Assembly: GCA_040002895.1 (NCBI GenBank)
Contig: JBDUDP010000001.1
Span: 134,545 to 198,544, forward strand
Length of the DNA stretch: 64,000 nt
From: Gemmatimonadota bacterium
GTDB lineage: Bacteria; Gemmatimonadota; Gemmatimonadetes; Gemmatimonadales; GWC2-71-9
Direction: 5' to 3'
The notes under the pieces are model-generated. The model saw only the letters and a program-made list of their open reading frames with translations, did no database searches and had not been told where the DNA came from. The position numbers were made by a program, and so were the translations under genes. Shown piece by piece: positions 9,012 to 20,908 of this stretch (positions are counted from its first letter, which is position 1; each line of letters begins with the position of its first letter).

Positions 9012-9012
<1 letters not shown>
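8512..9012 (+). CDS. nuoE: NADH-quinone oxidoreductase subunit E
   Basis: TFYTMY, VCTTSPC, ECLGGC (2Fe-2S ligands). Confidence 0.92.
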
Positions 9013-10319
<1,307 letters not shown>

Positions 10320-10323
10320 CGCC

Positions 10324-11886
10324 ATGTCCACCGAACTGCTGACGGTCACGATCGACGGCGTCCCGGTCCAGGTGGCCCGAGGGACGGCCATGATCGAGGC
10401 GGCGAAGATGGCCGGGATCATGGTGCCGCACTACTGCTACCACCCGTCGCTTCCCTCGCCGGCCGTCTGCCGGATGTGTCTGGTCGAGGTCGAGAAGATG
10501 CCGAAGCTGGTGCCGGCGTGCGTAACGCCGGTGGCCGATGGACAGGTCATCCATGTGCATTCGCCCGCCGCCGTCAAGGCCCGCGCCGGGGTGCTGGAGT
10601 TCCTGCTCATCAACCATCCACTCGACTGCCCGATCTGCGACCAGTCGGGGGAGTGTGAGCTGCAGGACTTCGTCTTCCAGGGCGGGCGGGCCAGCAGCCG
10701 ATTCAGCGAGCCCAAGCGCTACAATCCGGTGGAGGATTTCGGGCCCGATGTGCTCTACGTGCCCAATCGGTGCATTCTCTGCACTCGCTGCGTCCGCTTC
10801 ATGGAGAGCGTGGCGGAGGATCCAGTGCTCAACGTGTCGGAGCGTGGCGATCGCGCCTACATCGGCATCGACGAGTCGCAGCGGCTCGACCACCCGTGGT
10901 CGGGCAACGTGGTCGACCTCTGCCCGGTGGGCTCGCTGCTTTCGAAGGACTTCCTGCACAAGGCCCGCGTCTGGGATCTCGACGGCTCGGCCTCGGTGTG
11001 CACTGGCTGCACCCAGGGCTGCAACATCACGGTGGACACCCGTGACGAGGTGGTGGTGCGACTGCGGCCGCGCCCGAACCTCGAGGTCAACCGCCACTTC
11101 ATCTGCGACACGGGTCGGGCCGACTATCGCTGGATGAATCGCGGAGACCGGGCCGAGGCGCCGCTGGTGCGCATGGATGGCACGATGTACGCCGTGGAAT
11201 GGGACGCGGCGCTGGCCCGCTTGGCCGCACTCGTCTCCGCCACGAGCGGCCCGGTCGTGCTGCTGAGCGGAGGTCGTGCCTCCTGCGAGGCGCTGGGATG
11301 GACCGCCCGCCTGCTCGAGGGTCACGCGGTCACCGCCGCGATGTTGGTACCGATGGGCGACGAGGCACCGCTCGGTGGCATCCCCGATCTTGCGCTGCGA
11401 CGCGAACGGGCCGCCAATCTCGAAGGCGCGCGCCTGCTCGGGCTGGCCGGTGACTGGGACGCGGCGATCGTGCGTGCGGCATCGGCCGCCCTGGTCGTGG
11501 TGCTGGATACCGAGTTGAGTGATGCGGACGCCGCGCGAGTGTCACAGGCCGGCACGCTGGTGCACCTCACCACCGTGGCGGACGCCCGGTTGACCAACGC
11601 CGAGCTGATCCTGCCGATCACGAGTGTGGTGGAATCACAGGGTGTGCTCGTGAACCGTGATCGGCGGGCCCAGCGTGTGTTGCCAGTGCGGCCCGCTCCG
11701 GGGATGGCCAGGTCGGCCTGGTGGGTCGCGGCCAACGCCTGGGCGTTGCGTGCCGCGGATCGCACGGCGCCTGCCACGGCGGGTGCGGCGTTCCGTGCCC
11801 TTGATGCCTTCGAGGGGCTCTCGCACAACGACCTCGGCTTCATCGGTCGCGTGGTCGGCGCGGTGGCCGCCGAGGTGACGCGATGA
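10324..11886 (+). CDS. nuoG: NADH-quinone oxidoreductase subunit G (short form)
   Basis: HYCYH…CRMC, HPLDCPICDQSGEC, CILCTRC, CPVG, CTGCTQGC…IC. About 520 aa. Confidence 0.9.
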   Translation: MSTELLTVTIDGVPVQVARGTAMIEAAKMAGIMVPHYCYHPSLPSPAVCRMCLVEVEKMPKLVPACVTPVADGQVIHVHSPAAVKARAGVLEFLLINHPLDCPICDQSGECELQDFVFQGGRASSRFSEPKRYNPVEDFGPDVLYVPNRCILCTRCVRFMESVAEDPVLNVSERGDRAYIGIDESQRLDHPWSGNVVDLCPVGSLLSKDFLHKARVWDLDGSASVCTGCTQGCNITVDTRDEVVVRLRPRPNLEVNRHFICDTGRADYRWMNRGDRAEAPLVRMDGTMYAVEWDAALARLAALVSATSGPVVLLSGGRASCEALGWTARLLEGHAVTAAMLVPMGDEAPLGGIPDLALRRERAANLEGARLLGLAGDWDAAIVRAASAALVVVLDTELSDADAARVSQAGTLVHLTTVADARLTNAELILPITSVVESQGVLVNRDRRAQRVLPVRPAPGMARSAWWVAANAWALRAADRTAPATAGAAFRALDAFEGLSHNDLGFIGRVVGAVAAEVTR

Positions 11887-13115
11887 CGCCGGACACGAAG
11901 GGTTTCGTGCTCCTGGCGGTCATCAAGTTGATCGTCGTCTTCACCGTGTTGCTGGTGGGCGTGGCACTGTTGACCCTGATGGAACGGAAGCTTGCGGGCT
12001 GGATGCAGAATCGCCCCGGGCCGAACCGGGTGGGGCCATCGGGCATCCTGCAGCCGGTCGCCGACGGCATCAAGAACTTCATCAAGGAAGAGACCCGGCC
12101 TGCTGCGGCCAACGGGATCATCTTCACGCTGGCCCCGGCGCTCTCTTTCATCCCGGCGGTGATGCTGATTGCCGTGATCCCGCTCGCGGCGCCGGTCCAG
12201 GTCGATTTTGACTGGACCCTCCCGCTGATCGGCCATGCGACGTACCACGGACTGATGGCAATGGCGGTGGCCGACCTGCCGATGGGGTTCCTCTTTGTAC
12301 TCGCCCTGTCGTCCCTGGGCGTCTACGGCGTCGCACTCGCCGGCTGGTCGTCCAACAGCAAGTATTCGTTGCTGGGCGGGCTGCGGGCGAGCGCCCAGAT
12401 GATCTCCTACGAAGTGGCGATGGGGCTGTCGCTGATTCCGCTGCTGCTGATCACCGGCAACGTCTCCTTCAGCGAGATCATCGCGCGGCAGCAGGCCGGT
12501 CTCTGGTTCATCGGCCCGCTGTTCATCTCGTTCTTCGTGTTCCTGATTGCCGGCTTTGCCGAGACCAACCGACTGCCGTTCGACATGCCCGAGGCGGAGT
12601 CGGAACTGGTGGCCGGGTACCATTCGGAATACAGCGCCATGAAGTTTTCGCTCTTCATGATCGGCGAGTATGCCCACATCGTGACCATCGCCGCGATGGT
12701 GGCGACGCTTTTCTTCGGTGGCTGGGACATTCCCTTCACGCACTGGGATGAGGGCGGGGGCGCGCTGCAGGCGATCGCGACGTTTGTGGCCTTCTTCGTG
12801 AAGATGTTCTTCTGGATCTTCTTCGTGATGTGGATTCGGTGGACCTTGCCGCGCTTCCGGTACGACCAACTCATGGCGCTCGGCTGGAAGCTGCTGCTGC
12901 CGATGTCGCTGGCGTACATCATGCTTACGGCCGGCGCGATTCAGGGCCTGGCGGCGGCCGGCATCACCGGCGCGCGGCCGGTGGCCATCGGCCTCACGCT
13001 CCTGAACCTCGTGCTGGCGTGGCTGCTCTTCAACGTGCTCGATCGCGGGCGCATTCTGCGCGGGGTGGGCCGCCGGGCACCGCGTCCGAAACCCCATCCT
13101 GAGGGAGTGTCCTGA
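11883..13115 (+). CDS. nuoH: NADH-quinone oxidoreductase subunit H
   Basis: ERK…QNRPGPNRVGP, AETNRLPFDMPEAESELV, PRFRYDQLM. Confidence 0.95.
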   Translation: MTPDTKGFVLLAVIKLIVVFTVLLVGVALLTLMERKLAGWMQNRPGPNRVGPSGILQPVADGIKNFIKEETRPAAANGIIFTLAPALSFIPAVMLIAVIPLAAPVQVDFDWTLPLIGHATYHGLMAMAVADLPMGFLFVLALSSLGVYGVALAGWSSNSKYSLLGGLRASAQMISYEVAMGLSLIPLLLITGNVSFSEIIARQQAGLWFIGPLFISFFVFLIAGFAETNRLPFDMPEAESELVAGYHSEYSAMKFSLFMIGEYAHIVTIAAMVATLFFGGWDIPFTHWDEGGGALQAIATFVAFFVKMFFWIFFVMWIRWTLPRFRYDQLMALGWKLLLPMSLAYIMLTAGAIQGLAAAGITGARPVAIGLTLLNLVLAWLLFNVLDRGRILRGVGRRAPRPKPHPEGVS

Positions 13116-13621
13116 TGGCCATCGGCGTCAAGGTCATGCGGCGGCCGGCGGAGGAGGTCTCCTACATCCGCGCCACCCTCAAGGGGATGGCGCTCACCTT
13201 CAAGCACATGTTCCAGCCCCGCGTGACGATGCAGTATCCGGAGGTGCGCAGCACCGACGAGTGGCGCCTCGCCACCCGCTGGCGCGGCACTCACCGGATG
13301 ATGACCGACGCCCAGGGGCGCTCGAAGTGCGTGGCGTGTGGACTCTGTCCCCAGGTCTGTCCGGCCAACTGCATCAAGCTGGTGCCCGGCGAGGACGAGG
13401 CGGGGAATCGCTATCCGCTGATCTACGAGATCGACGAGTTCCGCTGCGTCTTCTGTGGCTATTGCCAGGAAGTCTGCCCGGAGGAGGCGATCCACGTCGG
13501 CGTCCACTACGAAAACGCGGAGTATTCCCGCGATCGCTTCGTTTACGATCTGGAACGGCTTTCGGCCCAGACGCATCCGGTCTCCACGCTGTGGGACCCA
13601 GCCGATCCGCGGGGCGAGTGA
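13115..13621 (+). CDS. nuoI: NADH-quinone oxidoreductase subunit I
   Basis: Two 4Fe-4S motifs, CVACGLCPQVCP and CVFCGYCQEVCP. Confidence 0.95.
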   Translation: MAIGVKVMRRPAEEVSYIRATLKGMALTFKHMFQPRVTMQYPEVRSTDEWRLATRWRGTHRMMTDAQGRSKCVACGLCPQVCPANCIKLVPGEDEAGNRYPLIYEIDEFRCVFCGYCQEVCPEEAIHVGVHYENAEYSRDRFVYDLERLSAQTHPVSTLWDPADPRGE

Positions 13622-13622
13622 C

Positions 13623-14186
13623 GTGAATCTCGTGACGGTGACCTGGTGGGTTTTCGCGGGCTGGGCCGTGGTCTCGGCGCTGCTCTGCGTGACGCGGCGC
13701 AATCCGATTGCCTCGGTGCTCTGGCTGGTCTCCTGCATGTTTGCGCTCGCGGGGATCTACGTGCTGCTGCATGCGGAGTTCATCGCGGCGGTACAGGTGA
13801 TCGTCTATGCCGGCGCGGTCATGGTGCTCTTCCTCTTCGTCCTCATGTTGCTGAACGTCGGTGACGTGCCGCATCAGTGGCGTCGCTGGCCGCTCTGGCT
13901 GACCGGCGCCGGGGTGAGTGCGGTGATGGGGGCCGAGCTGGTGGCGCTGCGAGGCTACACGCCTGCCCGATTGGCGGGTGAGGTGTCGACCCTGCCGGGC
14001 AGTGCCGATCCGGCGCTGGTTTTCCCCGAAGGGGCAGCCTCCCACGCGGCCACCGCCGCCCATGGCGTGGTCGGAGGCATCGCGGAACCGCTGTTCACGA
14101 GTTACCTGATTCCGTTCGAGATCACCTCGGTGCTCCTCCTGGCGGCCGTGATCGGGGCCGTCGTTCTCGCAAAGAAGAAACTCTGA
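13623..14186 (+). CDS. nuoJ: NADH-quinone oxidoreductase subunit J
   Basis: [36 protein letters not shown]. Confidence 0.93.
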   Translation: MNLVTVTWWVFAGWAVVSALLCVTRRNPIASVLWLVSCMFALAGIYVLLHAEFIAAVQVIVYAGAVMVLFLFVLMLLNVGDVPHQWRRWPLWLTGAGVSAVMGAELVALRGYTPARLAGEVSTLPGSADPALVFPEGAASHAATAAHGVVGGIAEPLFTSYLIPFEITSVLLLAAVIGAVVLAKKKL

Positions 14187-14482
14187 TGCTCCTTGGCCCT
14201 TCGCTGGTCCTGTCGGCGGTGCTGTTCGTCATCGGGGTCGCCGGTGTCTTGGTGCGCCGCAACGCCATCGTGGTGTTCATGTGCGTGGAGTTGATGCTCA
14301 ACGCCGTGAACATCACCTTCGTGGCCCTCTCCCAGCTGCATGGCTTCAGCGGCCAGATCATGGTGTTCTTCGTGATGACGGTCGCCGCGGCAGAAGCCGC
14401 GGTGGGGCTGGCCATCATCCTCGCGGTCTTCCGACACACCCAGTCGGTCGACCTCACCCAGCTCAACCTGTTGAAGGGCTGA
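14186..14482 (+). CDS. nuoK: NADH-quinone oxidoreductase subunit K
   Basis: RRN…[16 protein letters not shown]. Confidence 0.95.
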   Translation: MLLGPSLVLSAVLFVIGVAGVLVRRNAIVVFMCVELMLNAVNITFVALSQLHGFSGQIMVFFVMTVAAAEAAVGLAIILAVFRHTQSVDLTQLNLLKG

Positions 14483-14485
14483 GGC

Positions 14486-16456
14486 GTGGTCTCGCTCGTC
14501 TGGCTCGCCGTGCTCTTCCCGCTTATCGGCGCGCTCGTCAATGGGACCTTGGCGGCGCGCGGCGCGCGGGCCAAGTCCGTCGTGTCGCTGGTCGGCGTCG
14601 GCAGCTTGCTGGCCTCGTTCGCCGTCGCGGTCGCGGTCTTCCTCGAGCTGCGGCAGGGCACCGCGGAGTCGGTGCGCGTGCTGTTGTGGCAGTGGATGCC
14701 GGTCACGGAGCGCCTGCATATCGACCTGGCGCTGCAGGTGGATCACCTGTCGGTGCTGATGATGCTGGTGATCACCGGCGTCGGGTCGCTGATCCATCTC
14801 TTCTCGGTCGGGTACATGGGTGACGAGCCGGGGTACGCCCGCTATTTCGCCTACCTCAACCTCTTCGTCGTCTTCATGCTGGTGCTGGTCCTCGGCGCGT
14901 CGCTGCCGGTGAGCTATATCGGCTGGGAAGGAGTGGGGCTCTGCTCCTACCTGCTGATCGGCTTCTGGTTCGAGGTGGATGCCAACTCCGACGCCGGCAA
15001 GAAGGCGTTCCTCGTCAACCGGATTGGTGATTTCGGCGTGCTGATGGCGATGTTCCTGATCTGGTGGTACCTCGGCACGCTCGAATTCGCCGAGATCGCG
15101 CGCCGCGCGCCGGCGCTGCTGTCGCTCGGCGGTGGCGTCGCCACCCTGATCACCCTGCTGATCTTTCTCGGCTGCGCCGGGAAGTCGGCCCAGATCCCGC
15201 TCTTTGTCTGGTTGCCCGACGCGATGGCGGGCCCGACCCCTGTCTCGGCCCTGATGCATGCCGCCACGATGGTCACCGCCGGCGTCTTTCTGGTGGTGCG
15301 GACCGGCGTGCTGTTCGCCTTGGCACCGGTCACGCTCGAGGTCGTCGCCGTCATCGGTGCGCTCACGGCCTTCTTCGCGGCCACGATCGCGCTCAGGCAG
15401 TACGACATCAAGAAGGTGCTCGCCTACTCCACCGTGTCCCAGCTGGGGTACATGTTTCTCGGTGTCGGCACGGGGGCGTTCGCGAGCGGCATCTTCCACT
15501 TGGTGACGCATGCCTTTTTCAAGGCGCTGTTGTTCCTTGGGGCCGGCAGCGTGATCCACGCGATGCACCATGCCCTCCATCACGCGCATAGCGCTCGCGA
15601 TGCGCAAGACATGCGTAACCTGGGTGGCCTCCGCCGCGCGATGCCATGGACCTTTGCCCTGATGGGGATTGCGACGCTCGCCATTGCCGGTATTCCCCCC
15701 TTGGCCGGCTTCTGGTCCAAGGACGAGATCCTGACCATGGCCTTCGTGCGCGGGCAAACCAGCACCGTCTATCTCCTCTGCTGGGTGCTCGGCCTCGCCG
15801 CGGCGCTGATGACCGCCTACTACATGGCGCGATTGATGGCGATGACGTTTCTGGGTCCCTTCCGGGGTGGCGAGGATGTCGAGGCCGGGCTCCACGAGGC
15901 ACCCTGGATCATGACCGCGCCCGTGCTGGTGTTGGGTGTGCTTTCGGCCATCGGCGGCGCGCTGAACCTGCCGGAAGCTTTCGGGGGGCACGAGGGCCTG
16001 CAGCGCTGGCTCGCGCCGGTCACGGCTCCGGCCGATGCGCTGCTCCCAGTGCTTGCCGCCCCGCATGGCAGCACCGAGTGGTTGCTGATCGGCGGCGCCA
16101 TTGCGATCGGCGTCGTCGGACTCCTGTTGGGACTCCGCATGACGCTGGCGGCGCCACCCGCGACGCCCGAGCTGGCGGTCCCGGAGCGCGGTCTCGCGCG
16201 GCTATTGCTGGAGAAATACCGCATTGATGAACTCTACCAGAAGGTGATCGTGGGACCCTTGCTCTGGATCTCGCGACGTGTGCTGGCGGATGGGGTCGAC
16301 GATTTCCTGGTGGACCGGATCGCCGTCGGTGGCACGGCCCGGGTGGCGCAGGGACTCGGGTGGCTTGGGTCACGACTGCAGAACGGACAAGTGGCGCTTT
16401 ATGTCACCATGTTTGCCGTGGGCGCGGTGATCATCCTTCAAGCGCTGGCGCGGTGA
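14486..16456 (+). CDS. nuoL: NADH-quinone oxidoreductase subunit L
   Basis: GWEGVGLCSY, GKSAQIPL..WLPDAMAGPTPVSALMHAATMV, THAFFKA. Confidence 0.95.
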   Translation: MVSLVWLAVLFPLIGALVNGTLAARGARAKSVVSLVGVGSLLASFAVAVAVFLELRQGTAESVRVLLWQWMPVTERLHIDLALQVDHLSVLMMLVITGVGSLIHLFSVGYMGDEPGYARYFAYLNLFVVFMLVLVLGASLPVSYIGWEGVGLCSYLLIGFWFEVDANSDAGKKAFLVNRIGDFGVLMAMFLIWWYLGTLEFAEIARRAPALLSLGGGVATLITLLIFLGCAGKSAQIPLFVWLPDAMAGPTPVSALMHAATMVTAGVFLVVRTGVLFALAPVTLEVVAVIGALTAFFAATIALRQYDIKKVLAYSTVSQLGYMFLGVGTGAFASGIFHLVTHAFFKALLFLGAGSVIHAMHHALHHAHSARDAQDMRNLGGLRRAMPWTFALMGIATLAIAGIPPLAGFWSKDEILTMAFVRGQTSTVYLLCWVLGLAAALMTAYYMARLMAMTFLGPFRGGEDVEAGLHEAPWIMTAPVLVLGVLSAIGGALNLPEAFGGHEGLQRWLAPVTAPADALLPVLAAPHGSTEWLLIGGAIAIGVVGLLLGLRMTLAAPPATPELAVPERGLARLLLEKYRIDELYQKVIVGPLLWISRRVLADGVDDFLVDRIAVGGTARVAQGLGWLGSRLQNGQVALYVTMFAVGAVIILQALAR

Positions 16457-16460
16457 CGCA

Positions 16461-18020
16461 ATGACGCAATTCCTTGCCTCGATCGGCTACGGACACTGGA
16501 TCATCCACGTCCTGCTGCTCCTGCCGCTCCTCGCCATTCCGCTGATCCTGGTATTCCCAGTGCATTCCGCGCGCTGGATCGCCCTGGGCGTGGCGCTCAT
16601 CGAGCTGGTGCTCGGGTTGGGGCTCTGGTGGGCGTTCGATCCCTCCACTGCGGGAATGCAGTTCGTCACCGACCTGCCGTGGATCCCGCAGTTCGGCATC
16701 GGCTACCGCGTCGGCATCGATGGGATCTCGATCCTGCTGGTGCTGTTGTCCGTGCTGATGATGCCGCTGGTGGTCTGGGGCAGCTGGCGTGCGATTGACC
16801 AGAAACAGCGGGGCTTCTACGCCCTCCTTCTGGCGCTCAAGGCAGGAATGCTCGGGGTGTTCGTCGCCACCGACCTGTTCCTCTTCTACACCTGTTGGGA
16901 GTTGCTCCTGATCCCGATGTATTTCCTGATCGGCATCTGGGGCAGCAGCAATCGGCTTTATGCGGCCACGAAGTTCGTGATCTACACCTTCATTGGCTCG
17001 CTGCTGATGCTCGTCGCGCTGCTCTGGATGGTATGGGTGGTCGGTCGCGCGACGGGCACCTACTCCTTCGCCTATCAACACCTGCTCGAACACGCAGAGG
17101 TTGTGGCCCCGTGGGGGGGCTGGCTGTTCGTGGCGTTCGCCGTCGCCTTCGCGGTCAAGGTTCCGCTTTTCCCGTTCCATACCTGGCTGCCCGATGCCCA
17201 CACGGAGGCCCCCACGGCCGGCTCGATCGACCTCGCTGTGATCCTGCTCAAGATGGGGACCTACGGCTTCCTCCGGTTCGGGATCCCGTTCTTCCCCGCC
17301 TTCGCGCTGTCGCGGACCACTGGGCTGGTGGTCGCCTCGCTCGCGGTGATCGGCATCGTGTATGCCGCGCTCGTGGCGATGGTGCAGCCCGACCTCAAGC
17401 GACTCGTGGCCTACTCCTCGGTGAGCCATCTCGGCTTCGTGATGCTCGGCATTTGGGGCAGCACCGTGGAAAGCGTGCAGGGTGCCATCGTGGTAATGGT
17501 CTCCCACGGCCTCTCGACCGGCGCGCTGTTCTTCATCATCGGCATGCTCTATGAGCGACGACACACCCGCAAGATCAGCGACTTCGGCGGGCTCGCTCGG
17601 GTCGCCCCGCTCATGGCGGCGGCGTTTACCATCACGGCGTTCTCGTCCATCGGTTTGCCGGGACTCAACGGTTTCATCGGCGAGTTCCTGGTGCTGATCG
17701 GCTCGTTCGGTCGCTATCCCTGGTTGGTCACCGGGGCGGCGACCGTGGTGATCTTCTCGGCGGCCTACATGCTCTGGGCCACGCAGCGGGTCTTCTTCAA
17801 TCGCTTCACCAATCCACTCAACGAGGGAATCGGCGACCTGAACCTGCGTGAGATTGCCGTCATGGCACCATTGATCATCGCAATGCTGTGGATCGGCCTC
17901 TATCCGGCACCGCTGCTGCGACGCACGGAGGCGGCCGCGCGGGCCTACATCGAACTGATCCAGCCGCATCTCCCGCCGGCGACCTTGCCGGGCATCACCG
18001 TGTCGGGAATGAAGCCATGA
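16461..18020 (+). CDS. nuoM: NADH-quinone oxidoreductase subunit M
   Basis: KVPLFPFHTWLPDAHTEAP, LLKMGTYG, AYSSVSH, GLPGLNGFIGEF. Confidence 0.95.
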   Translation: MTQFLASIGYGHWIIHVLLLLPLLAIPLILVFPVHSARWIALGVALIELVLGLGLWWAFDPSTAGMQFVTDLPWIPQFGIGYRVGIDGISILLVLLSVLMMPLVVWGSWRAIDQKQRGFYALLLALKAGMLGVFVATDLFLFYTCWELLLIPMYFLIGIWGSSNRLYAATKFVIYTFIGSLLMLVALLWMVWVVGRATGTYSFAYQHLLEHAEVVAPWGGWLFVAFAVAFAVKVPLFPFHTWLPDAHTEAPTAGSIDLAVILLKMGTYGFLRFGIPFFPAFALSRTTGLVVASLAVIGIVYAALVAMVQPDLKRLVAYSSVSHLGFVMLGIWGSTVESVQGAIVVMVSHGLSTGALFFIIGMLYERRHTRKISDFGGLARVAPLMAAAFTITAFSSIGLPGLNGFIGEFLVLIGSFGRYPWLVTGAATVVIFSAAYMLWATQRVFFNRFTNPLNEGIGDLNLREIAVMAPLIIAMLWIGLYPAPLLRRTEAAARAYIELIQPHLPPATLPGITVSGMKP

Positions 18021-19519
18021 TGCCGATCGACATGACCACCCCGGGTGGCGTGACGCTCGCGCTGCTGCCCGAGCTGGTGCTCACCGGTTGGGCGCTGGTG
18101 GTGCTGCTGGTGGTGAGCTGGCGCCATCGCACCGCGGCCGACAGTCGGTTCGTCGGGGTGCTCTCGATTGCGGGCTACGTGCTGGCCGTGGCGGCCACCG
18201 GCTGGCTGGCCCGGCGCGGTGCGCGAGCCGACGGCTTGCCGGAGATGATCGCGCTCGACGGATTCCGTTTCGCGAGCGACGCACTGCTGCTTTGGATCGG
18301 CGGTGCCGTCGCCGTGCTGTCGCTACGATGGCTCGAGCGGCAGGGCATCCTGGCTCCGGAGTACTACGTCCTGTTGATGCTGGCGACCGTCGGCATGATG
18401 CTGCTCGCCGGGGCGGCGGATTTGATCACCGTCTTCCTCGGGCTTGAGGTGATGTCGATCTCGGTCTACGTCCTCGCAGGCTATGACCGGACGCGCCGCT
18501 CATCGGCCGAGGCCGCCCTCAAGTATTTCCTGCTGGGTGCCTTCGCCTCCGGCTTCCTGCTCTATGGGATTGCCCTGGTGTACGGCGCGACCGGCACGTT
18601 CAACTTTGCCCTGATCGGAGCACAACTCTCCGCCACGCCGCCGACGCTGATGGCGAAACTGGGACTCGGCCTGCTGCTCATTGGCTTCGGATTCAAGGTG
18701 GCGCTGGTGCCGTTCCACGCCTGGGCGCCTGACGTGTACGAGGGAGCCCCGACGCCGGTCACCGCGTTCATGGCCAGCGGCGTGAAGGCGGCCGCGTTCT
18801 TTGCGCTGGCGCGCCTGCTGGCCGAGGCCTTCCCAGCGTACGTCGAATTGTGGCGGCCGATCGTGACGGTCATGGCGGTTGCGACGATCCTGGTCGGCAA
18901 CCTCACGGCGCTGGCCCAGACCTCGATGAAGCGGATGCTCGCGTACAGCGCAGTGGCGCACGCCGGGTATCTGCTGCTGGCGCTCTGGGCCCACAGCGAT
19001 GAGGGCACCGCGGCGGTGCTCATCTACCTGCTGGCGTATTCGATCACCATCGTGGCTGCGTTCGGCATTCTGGCTTCGATCGAGCGGGCTGGCGCGCGCA
19101 CCGTGCTGCTCACCGATCTCGAAGGGCTCTTCTCGGTCCGGCCCTTTGCCTCGCTCGGGCTGGCCGTGTGCATGCTCTCGCTGCTGGGATTCCCGGGAAC
19201 CTTCGGGTTCATCGGCAAGTGGTACCTGATTTCTGCCGCGCTGGCACAGGGCGAGACGTTCCTGCCCATCATGATGGTGATTGGCAGCGGCATCTCGATC
19301 GGATATTACCTCCCGGTGATCCTGGCGATGACGATGAAGCCCACTCGGACGCGATCGGCCCACCAGACCATTCGGTTCCCGCGGCCCGCAAAGATCGCGG
19401 TGGCGATCTGCGTGGCGGCGATTCTGGTGTTCGGCATCTGGCCGAACATTCCCCTCGGGTTTGCGACCCAGGAAGCGGTGCACCTGCGCCAGTCCGCAGC
19501 GCCCACCGGTCCGCGCTGA
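18017..19519 (+). CDS. nuoN: NADH-quinone oxidoreductase subunit N
   Basis: EAALKYF, FKVALVPFHAWAPDVYEGAP, KRMLAYS. Confidence 0.95.
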   Translation: MMPIDMTTPGGVTLALLPELVLTGWALVVLLVVSWRHRTAADSRFVGVLSIAGYVLAVAATGWLARRGARADGLPEMIALDGFRFASDALLLWIGGAVAVLSLRWLERQGILAPEYYVLLMLATVGMMLLAGAADLITVFLGLEVMSISVYVLAGYDRTRRSSAEAALKYFLLGAFASGFLLYGIALVYGATGTFNFALIGAQLSATPPTLMAKLGLGLLLIGFGFKVALVPFHAWAPDVYEGAPTPVTAFMASGVKAAAFFALARLLAEAFPAYVELWRPIVTVMAVATILVGNLTALAQTSMKRMLAYSAVAHAGYLLLALWAHSDEGTAAVLIYLLAYSITIVAAFGILASIERAGARTVLLTDLEGLFSVRPFASLGLAVCMLSLLGFPGTFGFIGKWYLISAALAQGETFLPIMMVIGSGISIGYYLPVILAMTMKPTRTRSAHQTIRFPRPAKIAVAICVAAILVFGIWPNIPLGFATQEAVHLRQSAAPTGPR

Positions 19520-19533
19520 AGGACACCTGCGAC

Positions 19534-20904
19534 GTGAACATTCCGAAGTCGATCTTTCGTCAATACGACATCCGCGGCGTCGTCGGCAGCGAGCTCACGC
19601 CGGTCTTTGCACGCGCCCTTGGCCGAGCCATCGGCAGCATGGCCGTGGCGCGCCTCGGGGGGGCCCCGCGGCTGGTCGTCGGCCGTGACAATCGGCCCAG
19701 TGGAGAGGCCCTTGCCGCCGCCCTGCGACAGGGACTCGTGGCGAGCGGATGCACCGCAGTCGACGTCGGGATGCTGCCGACGCCGGCCCTCTACTTCGCG
19801 ATCGGGACGCTCGAGGCCGATGGGGGGGTGCAGGTCACCGGGTCGCACAATCCGCCGGAATTCAACGGGTTCAAGATCGTGCTCGCCGGGGATGCAATTC
19901 ACGGCGAGGCAATTCTCGCGTTGTGGGAGACGATTGTCACCGAGGGGTACGCGGAGGGTGTCGGGCGGGAAGGGAGTGACGCATCGATCCTGGCGCGTTA
20001 TCGCGAGGCCATCGTCGCACGGCACCAACTGCGGCGTCCGGTGAAGGTCGTGGTGGATTGTGGCAACGGCGTGGCCTCACTGGTGGCCATTGCCACCCTG
20101 CAGGAACTCGGCGCCGATGTCGTGCCCCTCTTCGCCGAAAGTGATGGCACCTTCCCGAATCACCACCCTGATCCCACGGTGCTCGAGAATCTCGTTGACC
20201 TGCAGGAAGCCGTCCGCGCGCACGGAGCCGAGCTCGGCATCGCGTTCGATGGCGACGGCGATCGGATCGGGGCAGTCGACGAGCAGGGCATCCCGGTGTG
20301 GGGTGACCAACTGCTGGTCCTCTTCGGCCGCGATGCCGTACGCCGCTTCGGCGCCGGCATTCCGGTGATCTTCGACGTGAAGTGTTCCGAGGTGTTGCCG
20401 CAGGCGCTCGAGGCCGCCGGGGCACGACCCATCATGTGGAAGACCGGACATTCGCTCATCAAGGCCAAGATGAAGGCCGAGTCGGCACCGCTCGCGGGCG
20501 AGATGAGCGGACACATCTTCTTTGGTGGCGACTGGTTCGGTTTCGATGACGCGCTGTTCGCGGCCGCGCGATTGCTGGAGATCGTGTCGGTCGGATCCGG
20601 TGGCCTGGCGCCACTGCTCGCCGACCTGCCCGAGACCTTCGTGACACCGGAACTGCGGGTCCCGTGCTCCGACGCGACGAAGTTCGAGATTGTGGCGCAG
20701 GCGGCCCTTCACTTTGCCGCACGCTATCCGGTGTCGGAAATCGATGGCGTGCGCATCAGCTATCCCGATGGCTGGGGCCTGATTCGCGCCTCCAACACCC
20801 AGGCCATTCTGGTGTTGCGCTTCGAGGCCACGACGCCGACCGCACGCGACGCACACCAAGCTGAGGTGATGGCCTGGCTGGCGGAGCGGGGCGTGGTGGG
20901 CTGA
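19534..20904 (+). CDS. Phosphomannomutase/phosphoglucomutase
   Basis: FRQYDIRG, TGSHNP (phospho-Ser), FDGDGDR, GEMSGH, RASNT. Confidence 0.93.
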   Translation: MNIPKSIFRQYDIRGVVGSELTPVFARALGRAIGSMAVARLGGAPRLVVGRDNRPSGEALAAALRQGLVASGCTAVDVGMLPTPALYFAIGTLEADGGVQVTGSHNPPEFNGFKIVLAGDAIHGEAILALWETIVTEGYAEGVGREGSDASILARYREAIVARHQLRRPVKVVVDCGNGVASLVAIATLQELGADVVPLFAESDGTFPNHHPDPTVLENLVDLQEAVRAHGAELGIAFDGDGDRIGAVDEQGIPVWGDQLLVLFGRDAVRRFGAGIPVIFDVKCSEVLPQALEAAGARPIMWKTGHSLIKAKMKAESAPLAGEMSGHIFFGGDWFGFDDALFAAARLLEIVSVGSGGLAPLLADLPETFVTPELRVPCSDATKFEIVAQAALHFAARYPVSEIDGVRISYPDGWGLIRASNTQAILVLRFEATTPTARDAHQAEVMAWLAERGVVG

Positions 20905-20908
20905 CCGG

